Shown here one piece after another: positions 8,276 to 18,585 of a stretch of 64,000 nt of DNA. The number at the start of each line of letters is the position of its first letter. Position 1 is the stretch's first letter. Under the pieces are notes generated by a model that ran no database searches, had not been told where the DNA came from, and saw only the letters and a list, made by a program, of their open reading frames with translations. Source of the stretch: an uncultured Gammaproteobacteria bacterium (lineage in GTDB: Bacteria > Patescibacteriota > Microgenomatia > UBA12405); the NCBI GenBank assembly GCA_964503465.1, contig CAZCYZ010000001.1:195731-259730 (forward strand). The letters are read 5' to 3'. The position numbers were made by a program, and so were the translations under genes.

Positions 8276-10387
8276 ATGGCCGATGCCATCAAACTTTCTA
8301 AAAATCGCGACGTTCCCATGGACAAGGTTCGCAATATTGGTATCATTGCCCACATTGACGGCGGTAAAACCACTACTACTGAACGACTTTTATTTTATAC
8401 TGGAAAAATCCACAAAATAGGTTCAGTTGACGAAGGTACTACTACTACTGATAGTATGGTCCAGGAGCGGGAGCGGGGGATTACCATTCAATCAGCCTGC
8501 ATTACTACTTTTTGGAAAGATTTTCGTATTAATATTATTGATACCCCCGGTCATGTCGATTTTACTGCCGAAGTCGAGCGCTCGCTTCGTGTTCTTGACG
8601 GCGCCATCATGATCTTTGATGGTAATGCTGGTGTTCAGGCGCAGTCGGAAACTGTTTGGCGTCAAGCCGACAAATATCATGTTCCTCGAATTGCTTTTGT
8701 CAACAAAATGGACAAAATTGGTGCCTCATTCCAGAAAACGCTTGAGTCAATCACAGCTAAGCTTCGTGCTCCAATCGTTCCAATGGTTCTTCCTGTCGGT
8801 GAGGAACACGCTCACATTGGTGTCATCGATCTTATGGAAATGAAAATGATTGTTTACGACAAAGACGAGGAGGGGATGGAATTTACTATCAAAGATGTTA
8901 CCCCAGAATATTTAGACTCTGCCACCAAAGCTCGTCATCTTATGGTCGAAAAAATCGCTGGTGAGGACGAAGTGCTGATGGAGAAATTTTTAAATGATCA
9001 GGAAATTACTGTTCCGGAACTTAAAGTTGCTCTTCGTAAAGCCTGTATTGATCGAAAATTATTTCCGGTTTTTTGTGGTGCTGCTTGGCGCAACAAAGGT
9101 ATTCATCCAATTCTTGACGCTATTATTGACTATCTTCCTTCCCCGCTTGATTTGCCCCCAATTGAGGGTTTTGATGTTAATACCCAGGAAAAGATTGCTC
9201 GTAAACCTCTCAAGAATGAACCATTTTCTGGTATGTTGTTCAAGGTTCAATCCGACCCTCATGTTGGTACTCTTTCTTACGTCCGTGTCTATTCCGGAAC
9301 CCTCAAAGCTGGCTCCGAAGTTTACAACGCTACTCGCCAAAAGAGTGAACGAATTGGTCGTTTGTTATTGATGCATGCCGACAAACGTGAAGGGATTGAA
9401 GAAGGTTATGCTGGTGAAATAATTGCCTGTATTGGCCTTAAGGAATCCTACACTGGTGACACTCTCTGTGATCGAACCCAGCCAATTTCTTTGTCTCCTA
9501 TTCAATTTCCTGACCCGGTTATTTCTCTTAGTATCGAACCGGTAACCACCGACGATCAGGAAAAAATGGGCCAGGCTCTTAATCGTCTCGCTATCGAAGA
9601 TCCAACTTTTAAGGTTTCCTACAACCACGAAACCGGCCAAAGCATCATTGCCGGTATGGGTGAACTTTACTTGGAAATTGTCGTCGATCGTCTCAACCGC
9701 GAGTTCGGTGTCAAGGTCAAAACTGGTGCTCCCCAAGTTGCTTATCGGGAAACCATTTCTATTAATGCCGAGGGTGAGGGTAAGTACATTCACCAATCCG
9801 GTGGTCATGGTCAGTATGGTCACTGTAAGATCCGCATCGAACCAAAAAACCGCGGCGAGGGTGTTGAATTTGTCAATGCCGTCAAGGGTGGAGCAATTCC
9901 TAGTAATTTTATTCCTGCCATTGAAAAAGGTATTCGCGAAAGCCTTCAAAAAGGTATTATTGCCGGTTACCCTGCTACTGACCTCAAAGTTACTGTTTAT
10001 GACGGTACTTATCACGAGGTTGATTCGTCCGAAATGGCCTTTAAATTGGCCGGTTCCTATGCTATCAAGGATGCCTTCGAAGCCGCCAAGCCATTGGTTT
10101 TAGAGCCTATCATGAAGCTTGAGGTTGCCTGTCCGTCAGATTTCTTAGGTACAGTCATGGGCGATCTTTCCTCTCGACGTGGCCAAATTACTGGCACTAC
10201 TGAAAGTTTTGGTTTCACTACTATTCTGGCCCTTATCCCTCTTGAGGCCATTCGTGGTTATGCCACCATCATTCGTTCTCTTACTCAGGGAAGGGGATCT
10301 TTCTATATGGAACCAAGCCATTATGATCCAGTCCCCGCCAACGTCCAGGCCCAACTTGTTCTAGCAAAAAATGGAGGCAAGCAGTAA
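8276..10387 (+). CDS. fusA: Elongation factor G
   Basis: AHIDGGKTTTTERLL... GTPase motifs and full-length EF-G architecture (703 aa). Confidence 0.97.
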   Translation: MADAIKLSKNRDVPMDKVRNIGIIAHIDGGKTTTTERLLFYTGKIHKIGSVDEGTTTTDSMVQERERGITIQSACITTFWKDFRINIIDTPGHVDFTAEVERSLRVLDGAIMIFDGNAGVQAQSETVWRQADKYHVPRIAFVNKMDKIGASFQKTLESITAKLRAPIVPMVLPVGEEHAHIGVIDLMEMKMIVYDKDEEGMEFTIKDVTPEYLDSATKARHLMVEKIAGEDEVLMEKFLNDQEITVPELKVALRKACIDRKLFPVFCGAAWRNKGIHPILDAIIDYLPSPLDLPPIEGFDVNTQEKIARKPLKNEPFSGMLFKVQSDPHVGTLSYVRVYSGTLKAGSEVYNATRQKSERIGRLLLMHADKREGIEEGYAGEIIACIGLKESYTGDTLCDRTQPISLSPIQFPDPVISLSIEPVTTDDQEKMGQALNRLAIEDPTFKVSYNHETGQSIIAGMGELYLEIVVDRLNREFGVKVKTGAPQVAYRETISINAEGEGKYIHQSGGHGQYGHCKIRIEPKNRGEGVEFVNAVKGGAIPSNFIPAIEKGIRESLQKGIIAGYPATDLKVTVYDGTYHEVDSSEMAFKLAGSYAIKDAFEAAKPLVLEPIMKLEVACPSDFLGTVMGDLSSRRGQITGTTESFGFTTILALIPLEAIRGYATIIRSLTQGRGSFYMEPSHYDPVPANVQAQLVLAKNGGKQ

Positions 10388-10400
10388 GATCAATTTCGCC

Positions 10401-10429
10401 TTGCATTGAAGGTAAACTGCTGATACAAT
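10401..10429 (+). promoter_or_regulatory. Sigma70-like promoter upstream of tuf (TTGCAT-17nt-TACAAT)
   Basis: ttgcat at 10401-10406 and tacaat at 10424-10429 with a 17-nt spacer. Confidence 0.5.
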
Positions 10430-10503
10430 CTTAAAGCGTTTTTTGTTACACTTTAATTGTTACTTTTTCTCCCGCAAGTCCGGGACAAAACATCTAAAAA
10501 ACT

Positions 10504-11679
10504 ATGGCAGACAACAAGTTTGTAAGAAACAAACCGCATCTTAACGTTGGTACTATTGGTCATGTTGACCATGGAAAAACTACCTTAACAGCGGCAATTA
10601 CTAAGATTCAAGGTAATCCAAAATCATATGCCGACATCGCCAAGGGCGGTACCGTTCGTGATGCCAGCAAAATCGTTACCATCGCTATTTCTCACGTTGA
10701 ATACGAAACCGACAAGCGACACTATGCTCACATTGACTGCCCTGGACATGCCGACTATGTCAAAAACATGATTACCGGTGCGGCTCAAATGGATGGTGCT
10801 ATCCTTGTCGTCTCTGCTCCTGATGGTCCCATGCCTCAGACCCGGGAACACGTTCTTCTGGCCAACCAAGTTAATGTCCCCAATCTAGTGGTTTACCTTA
10901 ACAAAGTTGATCTGGTCACTGATCCGGAATTTTTGGATCTAGTCGAAATGGAAATCCGTGAACTTCTCAAAAAATACCAGTATCCCGGTGACGAAATTCC
11001 TATCATTCGAGGTTCAGCTCTCAAAGCTCTTGAAGGTGATCCTGCCGGTGTCGAGTCCATCAAAAAGCTTCTAGAGGCTCTCGATTCATACATTCCCGAA
11101 CCCAAACGCGAACTTGATCAACCGTTCTTGATGCCAATTGAAGACGTTTTTTCAATTAAAGGTCGTGGCACCGTTGCCACCGGTAGAATTGAACGCGGTG
11201 TCATTAAAGTCAACGAGGAAGTCGAGATTGTCGGTCTCAACGCTACCAAAAAGTGTGTTGTTACCGGTGTCGAAATGTTCCACAAACAACTTGACCAAGG
11301 TCAAGCCGGGGACAATGTTGGTATCCTTCTTCGCGGTATTGAAAAAGACGACATTGAACGTGGTCAGGTCTTATCAAAACCTGGCACTATTACTCCTCAC
11401 ACCGAATTTAAGGCTGAAATTTACCTTCTCAAAAAAGAAGAAGGTGGTCGACACACCCCAGTTTTCACTGGTTATCGTCCTCAAGTCTTTATTCGTACCA
11501 CCGATGTCACCGGCGAGGTTACTCTGCCAAGTGGTGTCGAAATGGTCATGCCAGGGGATAATGCCACTGTTTCAGTTAAATTAATTAAACCAGTAGCTAT
11601 GGAAAAAGGACAACGTTTTGCTATCCGTGAGGGTGGTTTAACTGTTGGTGCCGGTGCCATAGTTGAGATCATCAAATAA
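10504..11679 (+). CDS. tuf: Elongation factor Tu
   Basis: [13 protein letters not shown]...[26 protein letters not shown]. Confidence 0.97.
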   Translation: MADNKFVRNKPHLNVGTIGHVDHGKTTLTAAITKIQGNPKSYADIAKGGTVRDASKIVTIAISHVEYETDKRHYAHIDCPGHADYVKNMITGAAQMDGAILVVSAPDGPMPQTREHVLLANQVNVPNLVVYLNKVDLVTDPEFLDLVEMEIRELLKKYQYPGDEIPIIRGSALKALEGDPAGVESIKKLLEALDSYIPEPKRELDQPFLMPIEDVFSIKGRGTVATGRIERGVIKVNEEVEIVGLNATKKCVVTGVEMFHKQLDQGQAGDNVGILLRGIEKDDIERGQVLSKPGTITPHTEFKAEIYLLKKEEGGRHTPVFTGYRPQVFIRTTDVTGEVTLPSGVEMVMPGDNATVSVKLIKPVAMEKGQRFAIREGGLTVGAGAIVEIIK

Positions 11680-11695
11680 ACCAAGGAATCAATAC

Positions 11696-11728
11696 CCCGT
11701 TCCGAAAGCTTTCGGAACGGGGTTTTCA
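11696..11728 (+). terminator. Intrinsic terminator after tuf
   Basis: ccccgttccgaaagctttcggaacgggg perfect hairpin followed by tttt. Confidence 0.8.
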
Positions 11729-11745
11729 AAAAAAGCACCTTAACT

Positions 11746-11784
11746 TATTTTAAAAATCAAACTTATAAATTAGAAATTAAATTA
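11746..11784. repeat. AT-rich repeat motif, copy immediately upstream of rpsJ
   Basis: tattttaaaaatcaaacttataaattagaaattaaatt. Confidence 0.6.
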
Positions 11785-11789
11785 ACGGT

Positions 11790-12101
11790 ATGGCCAAGGG
11801 AAATCATATTCGTATTAAGCTCAAATCCTTCGATCATCGCATCATTGATGAAGCCGCCGTTAAGATTGTTGAAACCGCCGTTACCGCTGGCGCCACTATT
11901 CAAGGACCAATTCCTCTGCCTACCTCAAAAAAAACCATCGTTATCCTTACCAGTCCTCATACTGACAAAAATGCCCGTGATCATTTCCAAATATCTACTC
12001 ACAAAAGACTAATCGATATTAGCAACGCCAGTGTTAGGACAATTGACAGCCTTCAGCACCTTGATCTCCCTTCCGGCGTTGAGGTTGAAGTTAAAATGTA
12101 A
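11790..12101 (+). CDS. rpsJ: 30S ribosomal protein S10
   Basis: IRIKLKSFDHRIIDEA... S10 signature. Confidence 0.95.
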   Translation: MAKGNHIRIKLKSFDHRIIDEAAVKIVETAVTAGATIQGPIPLPTSKKTIVILTSPHTDKNARDHFQISTHKRLIDISNASVRTIDSLQHLDLPSGVEVEVKM

Positions 12102-12103
12102 CT

Positions 12104-12712
12104 ATGATTACCGGATTTGTTGCCAAAAAACTTTCCATGACCAACGTCTATCAAGACAATGGCATTAGGATCTCCGCTACTCGCTGTTTTTGCCCCGATC
12201 TTACCGTTACCCAGATCAAACCGGCTTCTATTCAGATTGCCTATGGTATCAAGAAAAAACAAAACCAAGCAGTTGCTGGTTTCTTGAAAAAATCCAAACT
12301 AAAAATTACCCCCCAGCACTTTAAAGAATTTCAAAAAATTGCCAATCAACCCATTGCTGTTGGAGATCAAATCACTATTGATTCTGTTTTTCAGCCCGGC
12401 GAGACCGTTAATGTCACTGGTATCAGTAAAGGTCGTGGTTTTGCTGGTGTTATCAAGCGATACGGCTTCCATCGCCAACCAGTGTCTGGTGGCCAATCGG
12501 ATCGTGTCCGAGCTCCCGGTGCCATTGGCGCCCAAACTCCTGGTAAAGTCTTAAAGGGTAAAAAAATGCCGGGGCACTATGGGAATGCTACTGCCACTGT
12601 TACTGGTCTAAAAATTCTCTCTTTTGATCCAGTCAACCATCAGGTTCTCATTAATGGACCAATTCCAGGTCATTTTAATTCTTGGGTTATTATCAACAAA
12701 GTCAAAAATTAG
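12104..12712 (+). CDS. rplC: 50S ribosomal protein L3
   Basis: Conserved position after rpsJ; L3-like sequence FRAPGAIGAQTPGKV. Confidence 0.9.
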   Translation: MITGFVAKKLSMTNVYQDNGIRISATRCFCPDLTVTQIKPASIQIAYGIKKKQNQAVAGFLKKSKLKITPQHFKEFQKIANQPIAVGDQITIDSVFQPGETVNVTGISKGRGFAGVIKRYGFHRQPVSGGQSDRVRAPGAIGAQTPGKVLKGKKMPGHYGNATATVTGLKILSFDPVNHQVLINGPIPGHFNSWVIINKVKN

Positions 12713-12720
12713 TCACCAAA

Positions 12721-13368
12721 ATGAAAGCACCGTTATACAATATCCAAGCAGAACAAATTGGTGAAGTCACCCTCCCCAAGGCTGTCTTCGAAACCGATCC
12801 CAACCATCCTTTGTTAATCCAATCAATTAAGTCATATCTTGGTAATCAGCGAACTGCCTACGCCAAGACTAAGCACCGCGGTGAAGTCGCCGGGACTACC
12901 AAAAAAATGTGGGCTCAAAAGGGTACTGGTCGTGCTCGTCACGGTTCAGCTAAAGCCCCTATTTTTGTCGGTGGTGGTAGTGCTCACGGTCCACGAGGAG
13001 ATCGAAATTTCAAAACTACCCTCAATGCTCAACAACGTCAAGTCGCCCTTTATGCCGCTCTCTCCAAATTTGCCAAAAATAAGTCTATTATTGTCGTCGA
13101 CAAACTTAGTCAAATTACTCCCAAAACTAAAGCCGCTTGGGAATTTATCGATGACCTCGAAAAGAAAGATCAGATTCTTGCCCAAAGTAATCGAATAGGT
13201 ATCATTACCCACCAAATTCCTACCAATGTCAAGCGAGCCTTTAGGAATATCCCCGGGTTTACCCTGTCTTCAGTTACATCGCTCAATCCATATCTTCTCG
13301 TATCCCAAAATTTTCTTATTTTCTCCAAGAAATCAATCACCTCTCTTACCGCTAAAAAAACAAAATAA
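12721..13368 (+). CDS. rplD: 50S ribosomal protein L4
   Basis: MKAPLYN... start at the ATG at 12721 inside the longer ORF; L4 position and sequence. Confidence 0.85.
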   Translation: MKAPLYNIQAEQIGEVTLPKAVFETDPNHPLLIQSIKSYLGNQRTAYAKTKHRGEVAGTTKKMWAQKGTGRARHGSAKAPIFVGGGSAHGPRGDRNFKTTLNAQQRQVALYAALSKFAKNKSIIVVDKLSQITPKTKAAWEFIDDLEKKDQILAQSNRIGIITHQIPTNVKRAFRNIPGFTLSSVTSLNPYLLVSQNFLIFSKKSITSLTAKKTK

Positions 13369-13369
13369 T

Positions 13370-13657
13370 ATGAAATTTATCCTCAAGCCTATCATTACCG
13401 AAAAAGCTCTAATTGACCAGGAAAAAGGCCGTTATCATTTTTCTGTTGATAAATCCGCTACTAAAAACCAAATTAAGTCAGCCTTTATCTCGATTTTTTC
13501 TCAAAATCCAGTTAAAATCAACATCCTTAACAAAAAAGGCAAAATTAAAACCGACTGGCGTCGTCGTCAAACAATAACCAAGGTCAGTTACAAAAAAGCC
13601 GTTATCACTCTTGCTAAGGGTCAAAAAATCGAATCCCTAACCCTTAAGAAAAAATAA
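13370..13657 (+). CDS. rplW: 50S ribosomal protein L23
   Basis: MKFILKPIITEKA... start at the ATG at 13370 inside ORF 13226..13657. Confidence 0.85.
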   Translation: MKFILKPIITEKALIDQEKGRYHFSVDKSATKNQIKSAFISIFSQNPVKINILNKKGKIKTDWRRRQTITKVSYKKAVITLAKGQKIESLTLKKK

Positions 13658-13661
13658 ATTT

Positions 13662-14396
13662 ATGAAACTTCTTACTATTAAAAAAACCACTAGCGGACGC
13701 GACTCTCAAGGCCACGTTTCCGTTCGACATCGTGGCGGCGAGCACAAGCGTTTTCTTCGCCGCATTGATTGGAAACGGCCGTTCACTGACGTCAAGGCTA
13801 AAGTTATTTCCATCGAATATGATCCCAACCGCACTGCCAAAGTTGCCCTTCTGGTCTACACCAATGGTTGTAAATCATACATTTTAGCCTCATCAAATCT
13901 CAAAGTTGGTGACATTATTACCTCGTCCCCAAAAACCCTAATCAAAGATGGTAACCGTCTTCCCCTCAAAAACATTCCCGTTGGTATTCCTATTCACTGT
14001 ATTGAATCCTATCCCGGTGCCGGAGCTAAATTAGTTAAAAGCGCTGGTTCGGCTGCTTATCTTCAAAGTGTCGAAGGTAACAAAGCCATCGTTAAGTTGC
14101 CTTCAGGAGAAATCAAAATCTTTCCTGCTACAGCTTCCGCCACTATTGGCCAACTCGGCAATGAACTTCATTCAAGCCGCAAATTACGCAAAGCTGGAGA
14201 TTCGCGCCACCGTGGTATTCGACCCAGTGTTCGCGGAGTTGCTCAACATCCCGACTCTCATCCTCATGGAGGCGGTGAAGGTCGTAGCTCTGTTGGCATG
14301 AATCCAAAAACTCCTTGGGGTCGACCAGCTATGGGTAAAAAAACCCGAAAGTTAAAAAAATCCAGTAACCGGTTAATTATTAAACGCCGCAAGTAA
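13662..14396 (+). CDS. rplB: 50S ribosomal protein L2
   Basis: GRDSQGHVSVRHRGGEHKR...PSVRGVAQHP...HPHGGGEG. Confidence 0.95.
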   Translation: MKLLTIKKTTSGRDSQGHVSVRHRGGEHKRFLRRIDWKRPFTDVKAKVISIEYDPNRTAKVALLVYTNGCKSYILASSNLKVGDIITSSPKTLIKDGNRLPLKNIPVGIPIHCIESYPGAGAKLVKSAGSAAYLQSVEGNKAIVKLPSGEIKIFPATASATIGQLGNELHSSRKLRKAGDSRHRGIRPSVRGVAQHPDSHPHGGGEGRSSVGMNPKTPWGRPAMGKKTRKLKKSSNRLIIKRRK

Positions 14397-14411
14397 TCCG
14401 CGCCAACCACT

Positions 14412-14684
14412 ATGAGAAGTTCAAAAAAAGGACCACATGTTGACCCCAAACTCCTAAAAAAGGTTACTACCTCTTCTGGTACTGATCCTATTACCACCTA
14501 TGCTCGTCATTCACAAATTCCCCCAGAATTCGTTGGTCGCACCTTCTTGGTTCACAATGGTCGCAAGTTTATTAGCGTTTATGTCACCGAGGACATGGTC
14601 AGTCATCGTTTAGGGGAATTTTCTCCCACTCGTACCTTCAAAGGTCATGGACGTGTCGTTAAAAGAGTTATCGAAAAAACCTAA
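14412..14684 (+). CDS. rpsS: 30S ribosomal protein S19
   Basis: [11 protein letters not shown]...[14 protein letters not shown]. Confidence 0.95.
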   Translation: MRSSKKGPHVDPKLLKKVTTSSGTDPITTYARHSQIPPEFVGRTFLVHNGRKFISVYVTEDMVSHRLGEFSPTRTFKGHGRVVKRVIEKT

Positions 14685-14690
14685 ACTCAT

Positions 14691-15125
14691 ATGACATCAA
14701 CTTCCTCTTCGTTTACTCAAGTCAGATTTCTCAACAAAAACGTCAAGATTTCCCCTCGAAAGCTTCGTCTCTGGGTTGCTGGTATCAAAAAACTTTCCCC
14801 CATCACTGCCCTAACCCGGTTAAGGCTTACCAACAACAAATCAGCTCGAATCCTTGTCAAAGCCCTGACCAATGTTTTGGCTGATGCCAAAAATAATTTC
14901 CACCTTGACCCAAACAGTCTTAAATTTTCTGAGATCCGAGTTGACGAAGGGCTAAAAATTAAACGTATGGACAAATCCCACGGTTCACGTTTTGCTCGCG
15001 GTTTAATTTACAAACGCCATAGCCGTCTGACTATCATTTTGTCCGGAACTTCTGCTACAATACCGGAGGTCAAAAAACCAGAAAAATCAACCAAAATAGT
15101 TAAAACACCAAAAATTAAAAAGTAA
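14691..15125 (+). CDS. rplV: 50S ribosomal protein L22
   Basis: ISPRKLRLWVAGIKK; conserved position. Confidence 0.9.
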   Translation: MTSTSSSFTQVRFLNKNVKISPRKLRLWVAGIKKLSPITALTRLRLTNNKSARILVKALTNVLADAKNNFHLDPNSLKFSEIRVDEGLKIKRMDKSHGSRFARGLIYKRHSRLTIILSGTSATIPEVKKPEKSTKIVKTPKIKK

Positions 15126-15130
15126 ATTAT

Positions 15131-15772
15131 ATGGGTCAAAAAGTTAATCCTCTAAGCTTTCGGCTTGAAACTTCTGCAACCGCTCCTCGGTGGCAGTCTT
15201 CTTGGTATGCCGGAACTGGTAAATACGCCAAATATCTTCTTGAGGACAAAAAAATCCGTGATTTTCTTGAAAAGAAATTATCCGCCGCCGGAATTGTTTC
15301 CATCAGAATTGAACGTTCTAATAAAAAAGTAAAAATTACTCTTGTCGTTAGTCGACCCGGATTGGTTATTGGACGAGGCGGCAAAGAACTAGAAATAATC
15401 AAACTTGGCGTTCAAAAACTTCTTCCCAAATCAGTCGGTAAACAAAGTCTTGAGATCCAAGTCGAAGAATTCCGCCATGTTGATTTGTCGGCCAAACTTA
15501 TCGCCGAAAAAATTGCCTACCAACTAACTAAACGTCTACCTTATCGTCGAGTTGTTCTTTCTTCCATGGAAAAAGCCATTGGTAGCGGGGCCAAAGGAAT
15601 TAAAGTTATTCTTGGAGGTCGTATCAATGGAGCTGAAATCAGCCGTCGCGAAAAGTTTTCCCAGGGAACAGTTCCTCTTAGCACTCTCCGTTCTCGAATT
15701 GATTATTTTGAATGTCCTTCACTAACTCGCTCCGGCTATATTGGTGTTAAAGTTTACCTTTGTTTAGATTAA
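15131..15772 (+). CDS. rpsC: 30S ribosomal protein S3
   Basis: MGQKVNPLSFRL...KH domain; conserved position. Confidence 0.95.
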   Translation: MGQKVNPLSFRLETSATAPRWQSSWYAGTGKYAKYLLEDKKIRDFLEKKLSAAGIVSIRIERSNKKVKITLVVSRPGLVIGRGGKELEIIKLGVQKLLPKSVGKQSLEIQVEEFRHVDLSAKLIAEKIAYQLTKRLPYRRVVLSSMEKAIGSGAKGIKVILGGRINGAEISRREKFSQGTVPLSTLRSRIDYFECPSLTRSGYIGVKVYLCLD

Positions 15773-15773
15773 T

Positions 15774-16178
15774 ATGCTTCAGCCTAGTCGCACCAAATAT
15801 AGAAAACAGTTTCGGGGTCGAATGCGTGGCCAATCCGCCGGTAATCTAGTTGCTTTTGGTGAATATGGCCTTAAGTCTCTTTCTTGCGGTTGGATCTCAA
15901 GCAATCAGATTGAAGCTGCCCGTAAAAGTATTTCTCATGCTACCAAAAGAAATGGCCGTCTTTGGATCCGTGTCTTTCCCGATAAACCTATTACTCAAAA
16001 AGGTGCCGGGGCCCCACTTGGAGCTGGTAAAGGTGATGTTAAAGGCTACGTTGCCGTCATTCGACCTGGTCGAGTTATGTTTGAAGTTTCCGGAATTTCC
16101 GATACTGAAGCTCACCGTGCCCTTAATCTTGCTGCCGCCAAGTTATCAGTTTCAACTAAAGTAATCAAACGACTTTAG
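15774..16178 (+). CDS. rplP: 50S ribosomal protein L16
   Basis: MLQPSRTKYRKQFRGRMRG. Confidence 0.95.
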   Translation: MLQPSRTKYRKQFRGRMRGQSAGNLVAFGEYGLKSLSCGWISSNQIEAARKSISHATKRNGRLWIRVFPDKPITQKGAGAPLGAGKGDVKGYVAVIRPGRVMFEVSGISDTEAHRALNLAAAKLSVSTKVIKRL

Positions 16179-16188
16179 TCAAAATTCT

Positions 16189-16392
16189 ATGAAGAAATCT
16201 GATAAAATCTCCTACCACCAAAAAGATATTGCTAGTCTTACCAAATTAATATCTGACCTAAACCAAAAACTGGTCGAAAGTAAAGCCAAACAGCAACTCG
16301 GTGGTCTCAAGGATACTTCGGTTTTTAAGAAAATTAAATACGAGATTGCTCTGGTTCAGAGCCTAATTTCATCCAAACATGACTCCAAATAA
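16189..16392 (+). CDS. rpmC: 50S ribosomal protein L29
   Basis: 67 aa, coiled-coil L29-like; conserved position. Confidence 0.85.
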   Translation: MKKSDKISYHQKDIASLTKLISDLNQKLVESKAKQQLGGLKDTSVFKKIKYEIALVQSLISSKHDSK

Positions 16393-16678
16393 TCCCAAAA
16401 CAGGCTTGCCTCGACGTAGTCCAAATACTTTGGAGACGAAGGCGGGTAAAACCTTTACCGGTCAAGTAGTTTCAAGCAAAATGGCCAACACCATTGTCGT
16501 TTCCATGGACTATCAACGTCGCCATCCTCTCTACAAAAAAATTATTCGTAAATCCAAAAAAATCTATGCCGACAACAACCTTTCCGCTACAGTGGGGGAT
16601 ATTGTCAAAGTTCGCGAAACTCGACCATTAAGTAAACTTAAGCGTTTTACTACCATCGAAATTATTCAAAAGAATTAA
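16379..16678 (+). CDS. rpsQ: 30S ribosomal protein S17
   Basis: TFTGQVVSSKMANTIVV...IVKVRETRPLSK. Confidence 0.9.
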   Translation: MTPNNPKTGLPRRSPNTLETKAGKTFTGQVVSSKMANTIVVSMDYQRRHPLYKKIIRKSKKIYADNNLSATVGDIVKVRETRPLSKLKRFTTIEIIQKN

Positions 16679-16683
16679 TATCC

Positions 16684-17052
16684 ATGATCCAACTTCGTTC
16701 AATTATTAAACCAGCCGATAACTGTGGAGCCAAACAACTCCAGGTGGTCCACGTTTATGGTGGATTTCGCCACAAAAAAACCTCAATTGGAGGTATCGTT
16801 TTGGCGGTAGTTAGGGATGCCATTCCTAACGGTCTTCTGCACAAAAAAGAAAAAGTCAAAATGGTCATTGTTCGTACCAAAAAAGAGATTAATCGTCCCG
16901 ATGGTTCTTATATTCGTTTTAGCGACAATGCCGGAGTAGTTATCGACAGTCAAAAAAATCCGCGAGGTACCCGTATATTTGGGCCTATTGCCCGTGAAAT
17001 CAAGGATGCTGGCTTTGTTAAAATTGCCTCTATGGCCAAGGAAGTTTATTAA
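16684..17052 (+). CDS. rplN: 50S ribosomal protein L14
   Basis: MIQLRSIIKPADNCGAKQL. Confidence 0.95.
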   Translation: MIQLRSIIKPADNCGAKQLQVVHVYGGFRHKKTSIGGIVLAVVRDAIPNGLLHKKEKVKMVIVRTKKEINRPDGSYIRFSDNAGVVIDSQKNPRGTRIFGPIAREIKDAGFVKIASMAKEVY

Positions 17053-17057
17053 ACTCT

Positions 17058-17384
17058 ATGAAGATTATTAAAGGCGATACTGTCAAAATCATTTCCGGTA
17101 AAGACAAAGGTCGGCAAGGTCAGGTCGTGGCTACTTCCCCCAAAATCCTCAAAGTTACTGTCAAAGGTCTTAATTTGTTTCGCAAACATATCAAATCACA
17201 AAAAGGTCAAAAAGGTGGCATCATCGAGAAGGAACGGCCACTTAATATTGCCAAAGTAGCCCTTATTTGTCCTAACTGTCAGAAAATTACCCGCGTCGGT
17301 TATCAGATTGACAAATCAGGTAGCAAGTATCGTCTTTGTCGTCGTTGTCATCAAATTATTCAATCTGCCCCCAAGGCCAAATAA
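17058..17384 (+). CDS. rplX: 50S ribosomal protein L24
   Basis: MKIIKGDTVKIISGKDKGRQGQVV, KOW motif. Confidence 0.9.
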   Translation: MKIIKGDTVKIISGKDKGRQGQVVATSPKILKVTVKGLNLFRKHIKSQKGQKGGIIEKERPLNIAKVALICPNCQKITRVGYQIDKSGSKYRLCRRCHQIIQSAPKAK

Positions 17385-17386
17385 CT

Positions 17387-17923
17387 ATGCTTAGAAGTGA
17401 CATCAAAACTATCACCCGCCAACTCCGAGAAAGTTTATTTCCAACTACTAACCCCAATGCCTTACCGCGTCTAAACAAGGTAGTAATCAATTATCGTGTT
17501 TCGGAGGCTCGAGAAAGTCAAGAATCCTTAACTGCTGCTACTAACGAACTCACTGTTATTGCTGGCCAGAAGCCTTCTATTTGCAAAGCCAAGAAATCTG
17601 TTGCTTCATTTAAGCTTCGCCAAAACGACCCCCTAGCTCTAAAAGTTACTCTGCGAGGTAGCCGAATGTACGATTTCGTTGAAAAACTCTTTAACCTTGT
17701 TCTGCCTCGTCTACGTGATTTTAAGGGCATGCCAGATACCGCTTTTGACCAAAGCGGAAACTATAACTTAACCCTCCATGATCAAACCTATTTTCCCGAA
17801 GTTGATCTTGACCGTGTTAACAAAATCAGGTCAGTTCAGGTGACTCTTAATATCCAAAGTCATTCAAAAGAAGACGCAAAAATGTTATTATCTCATCTTG
17901 GTTTTCCCTTTAAGAAAAATTAA
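17387..17923 (+). CDS. rplE: 50S ribosomal protein L5
   Basis: Start at the ATG at 17387 (MLRSDIKT...); L5 sequence and position. Confidence 0.9.
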   Translation: MLRSDIKTITRQLRESLFPTTNPNALPRLNKVVINYRVSEARESQESLTAATNELTVIAGQKPSICKAKKSVASFKLRQNDPLALKVTLRGSRMYDFVEKLFNLVLPRLRDFKGMPDTAFDQSGNYNLTLHDQTYFPEVDLDRVNKIRSVQVTLNIQSHSKEDAKMLLSHLGFPFKKN

Positions 17924-17960
17924 TGAAATTAAAATCTATTTATTCAACTCACCGAGCTAA

Positions 17961-18000
17961 CTCCCTGCCCTGTCAAGGGAAGGGTGGGGGAAGGGTTTTG
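17961..18000. repeat. G-rich hairpin element, copy 1 (CCCTGCC..TCAAGGGAAGGG + GGGGGAAGGGTTTTG)
   Basis: Shares the CAAGGGA(G/A)GGG arm and the G-tract+TTTTG tail with copies at 23128, 39714, 40081 and 54887. Confidence 0.6.
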
Positions 18001-18008
18001 TAACTCTT

Positions 18009-18194
18009 ATGGCCAATAAATCTAAAATTATTCGTGAATCTACCAAGTTAAAATACAAGGTACGTTATCATCATCGATGCGCCCTCTGTGGTCGTCCTCG
18101 CGCTTTCATTCGTCTTTTTGGCCTTTGTCGTTTATGTTTTCGAAAACTTGCCAACCAGGGTTCACTTCCTGGAGTTAAAAAAGCCAGTTGGTAA
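18009..18194 (+). CDS. rpsN: 30S ribosomal protein S14 type Z (zinc-binding)
   Basis: 61 aa with CALCGR...CRLC Cys4. Confidence 0.9.
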   Translation: MANKSKIIRESTKLKYKVRYHHRCALCGRPRAFIRLFGLCRLCFRKLANQGSLPGVKKASW

Positions 18195-18199
18195 CAAAT

Positions 18200-18580
18200 A
18201 TGAACAACGCACCCCATCTTGATTTTCTTACTCGGCTCAAAAACGCTTACCTGGCTCACAACTCTACTGTTGTGGCTCCATCTTCAAAGCTCATTGTTTC
18301 TATGGCTGAGCTACTCAAACGCTTCCACCTTTTGGCAGATTACAAAATCACCGACGGTCAGATTACTGCCGAGTTGGTTTATCCAGGTGGTCTACCCGCA
18401 TTCACCAACGTTCGCATGTTCTCCACCCCCGGCCGTCGTTATTATCAGAAAGTTTTTTCACTTCCTTGGGGTAAAACTCCTAATTCTTTAATTATTATTT
18501 CCACTCCCCAGGGCCTCATGTCTCAAAAAGAGGCCAAGATTAAGGGGATTGGAGGCGAAATTTTCGCCGAACTTTATTAA
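18200..18580 (+). CDS. rpsH: 30S ribosomal protein S8
   Basis: Start at the ATG at 18200 (MNNAPHLDFLTRLKNA). Confidence 0.9.
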   Translation: MNNAPHLDFLTRLKNAYLAHNSTVVAPSSKLIVSMAELLKRFHLLADYKITDGQITAELVYPGGLPAFTNVRMFSTPGRRYYQKVFSLPWGKTPNSLIIISTPQGLMSQKEAKIKGIGGEIFAELY

Positions 18581-18585
18581 ACAAA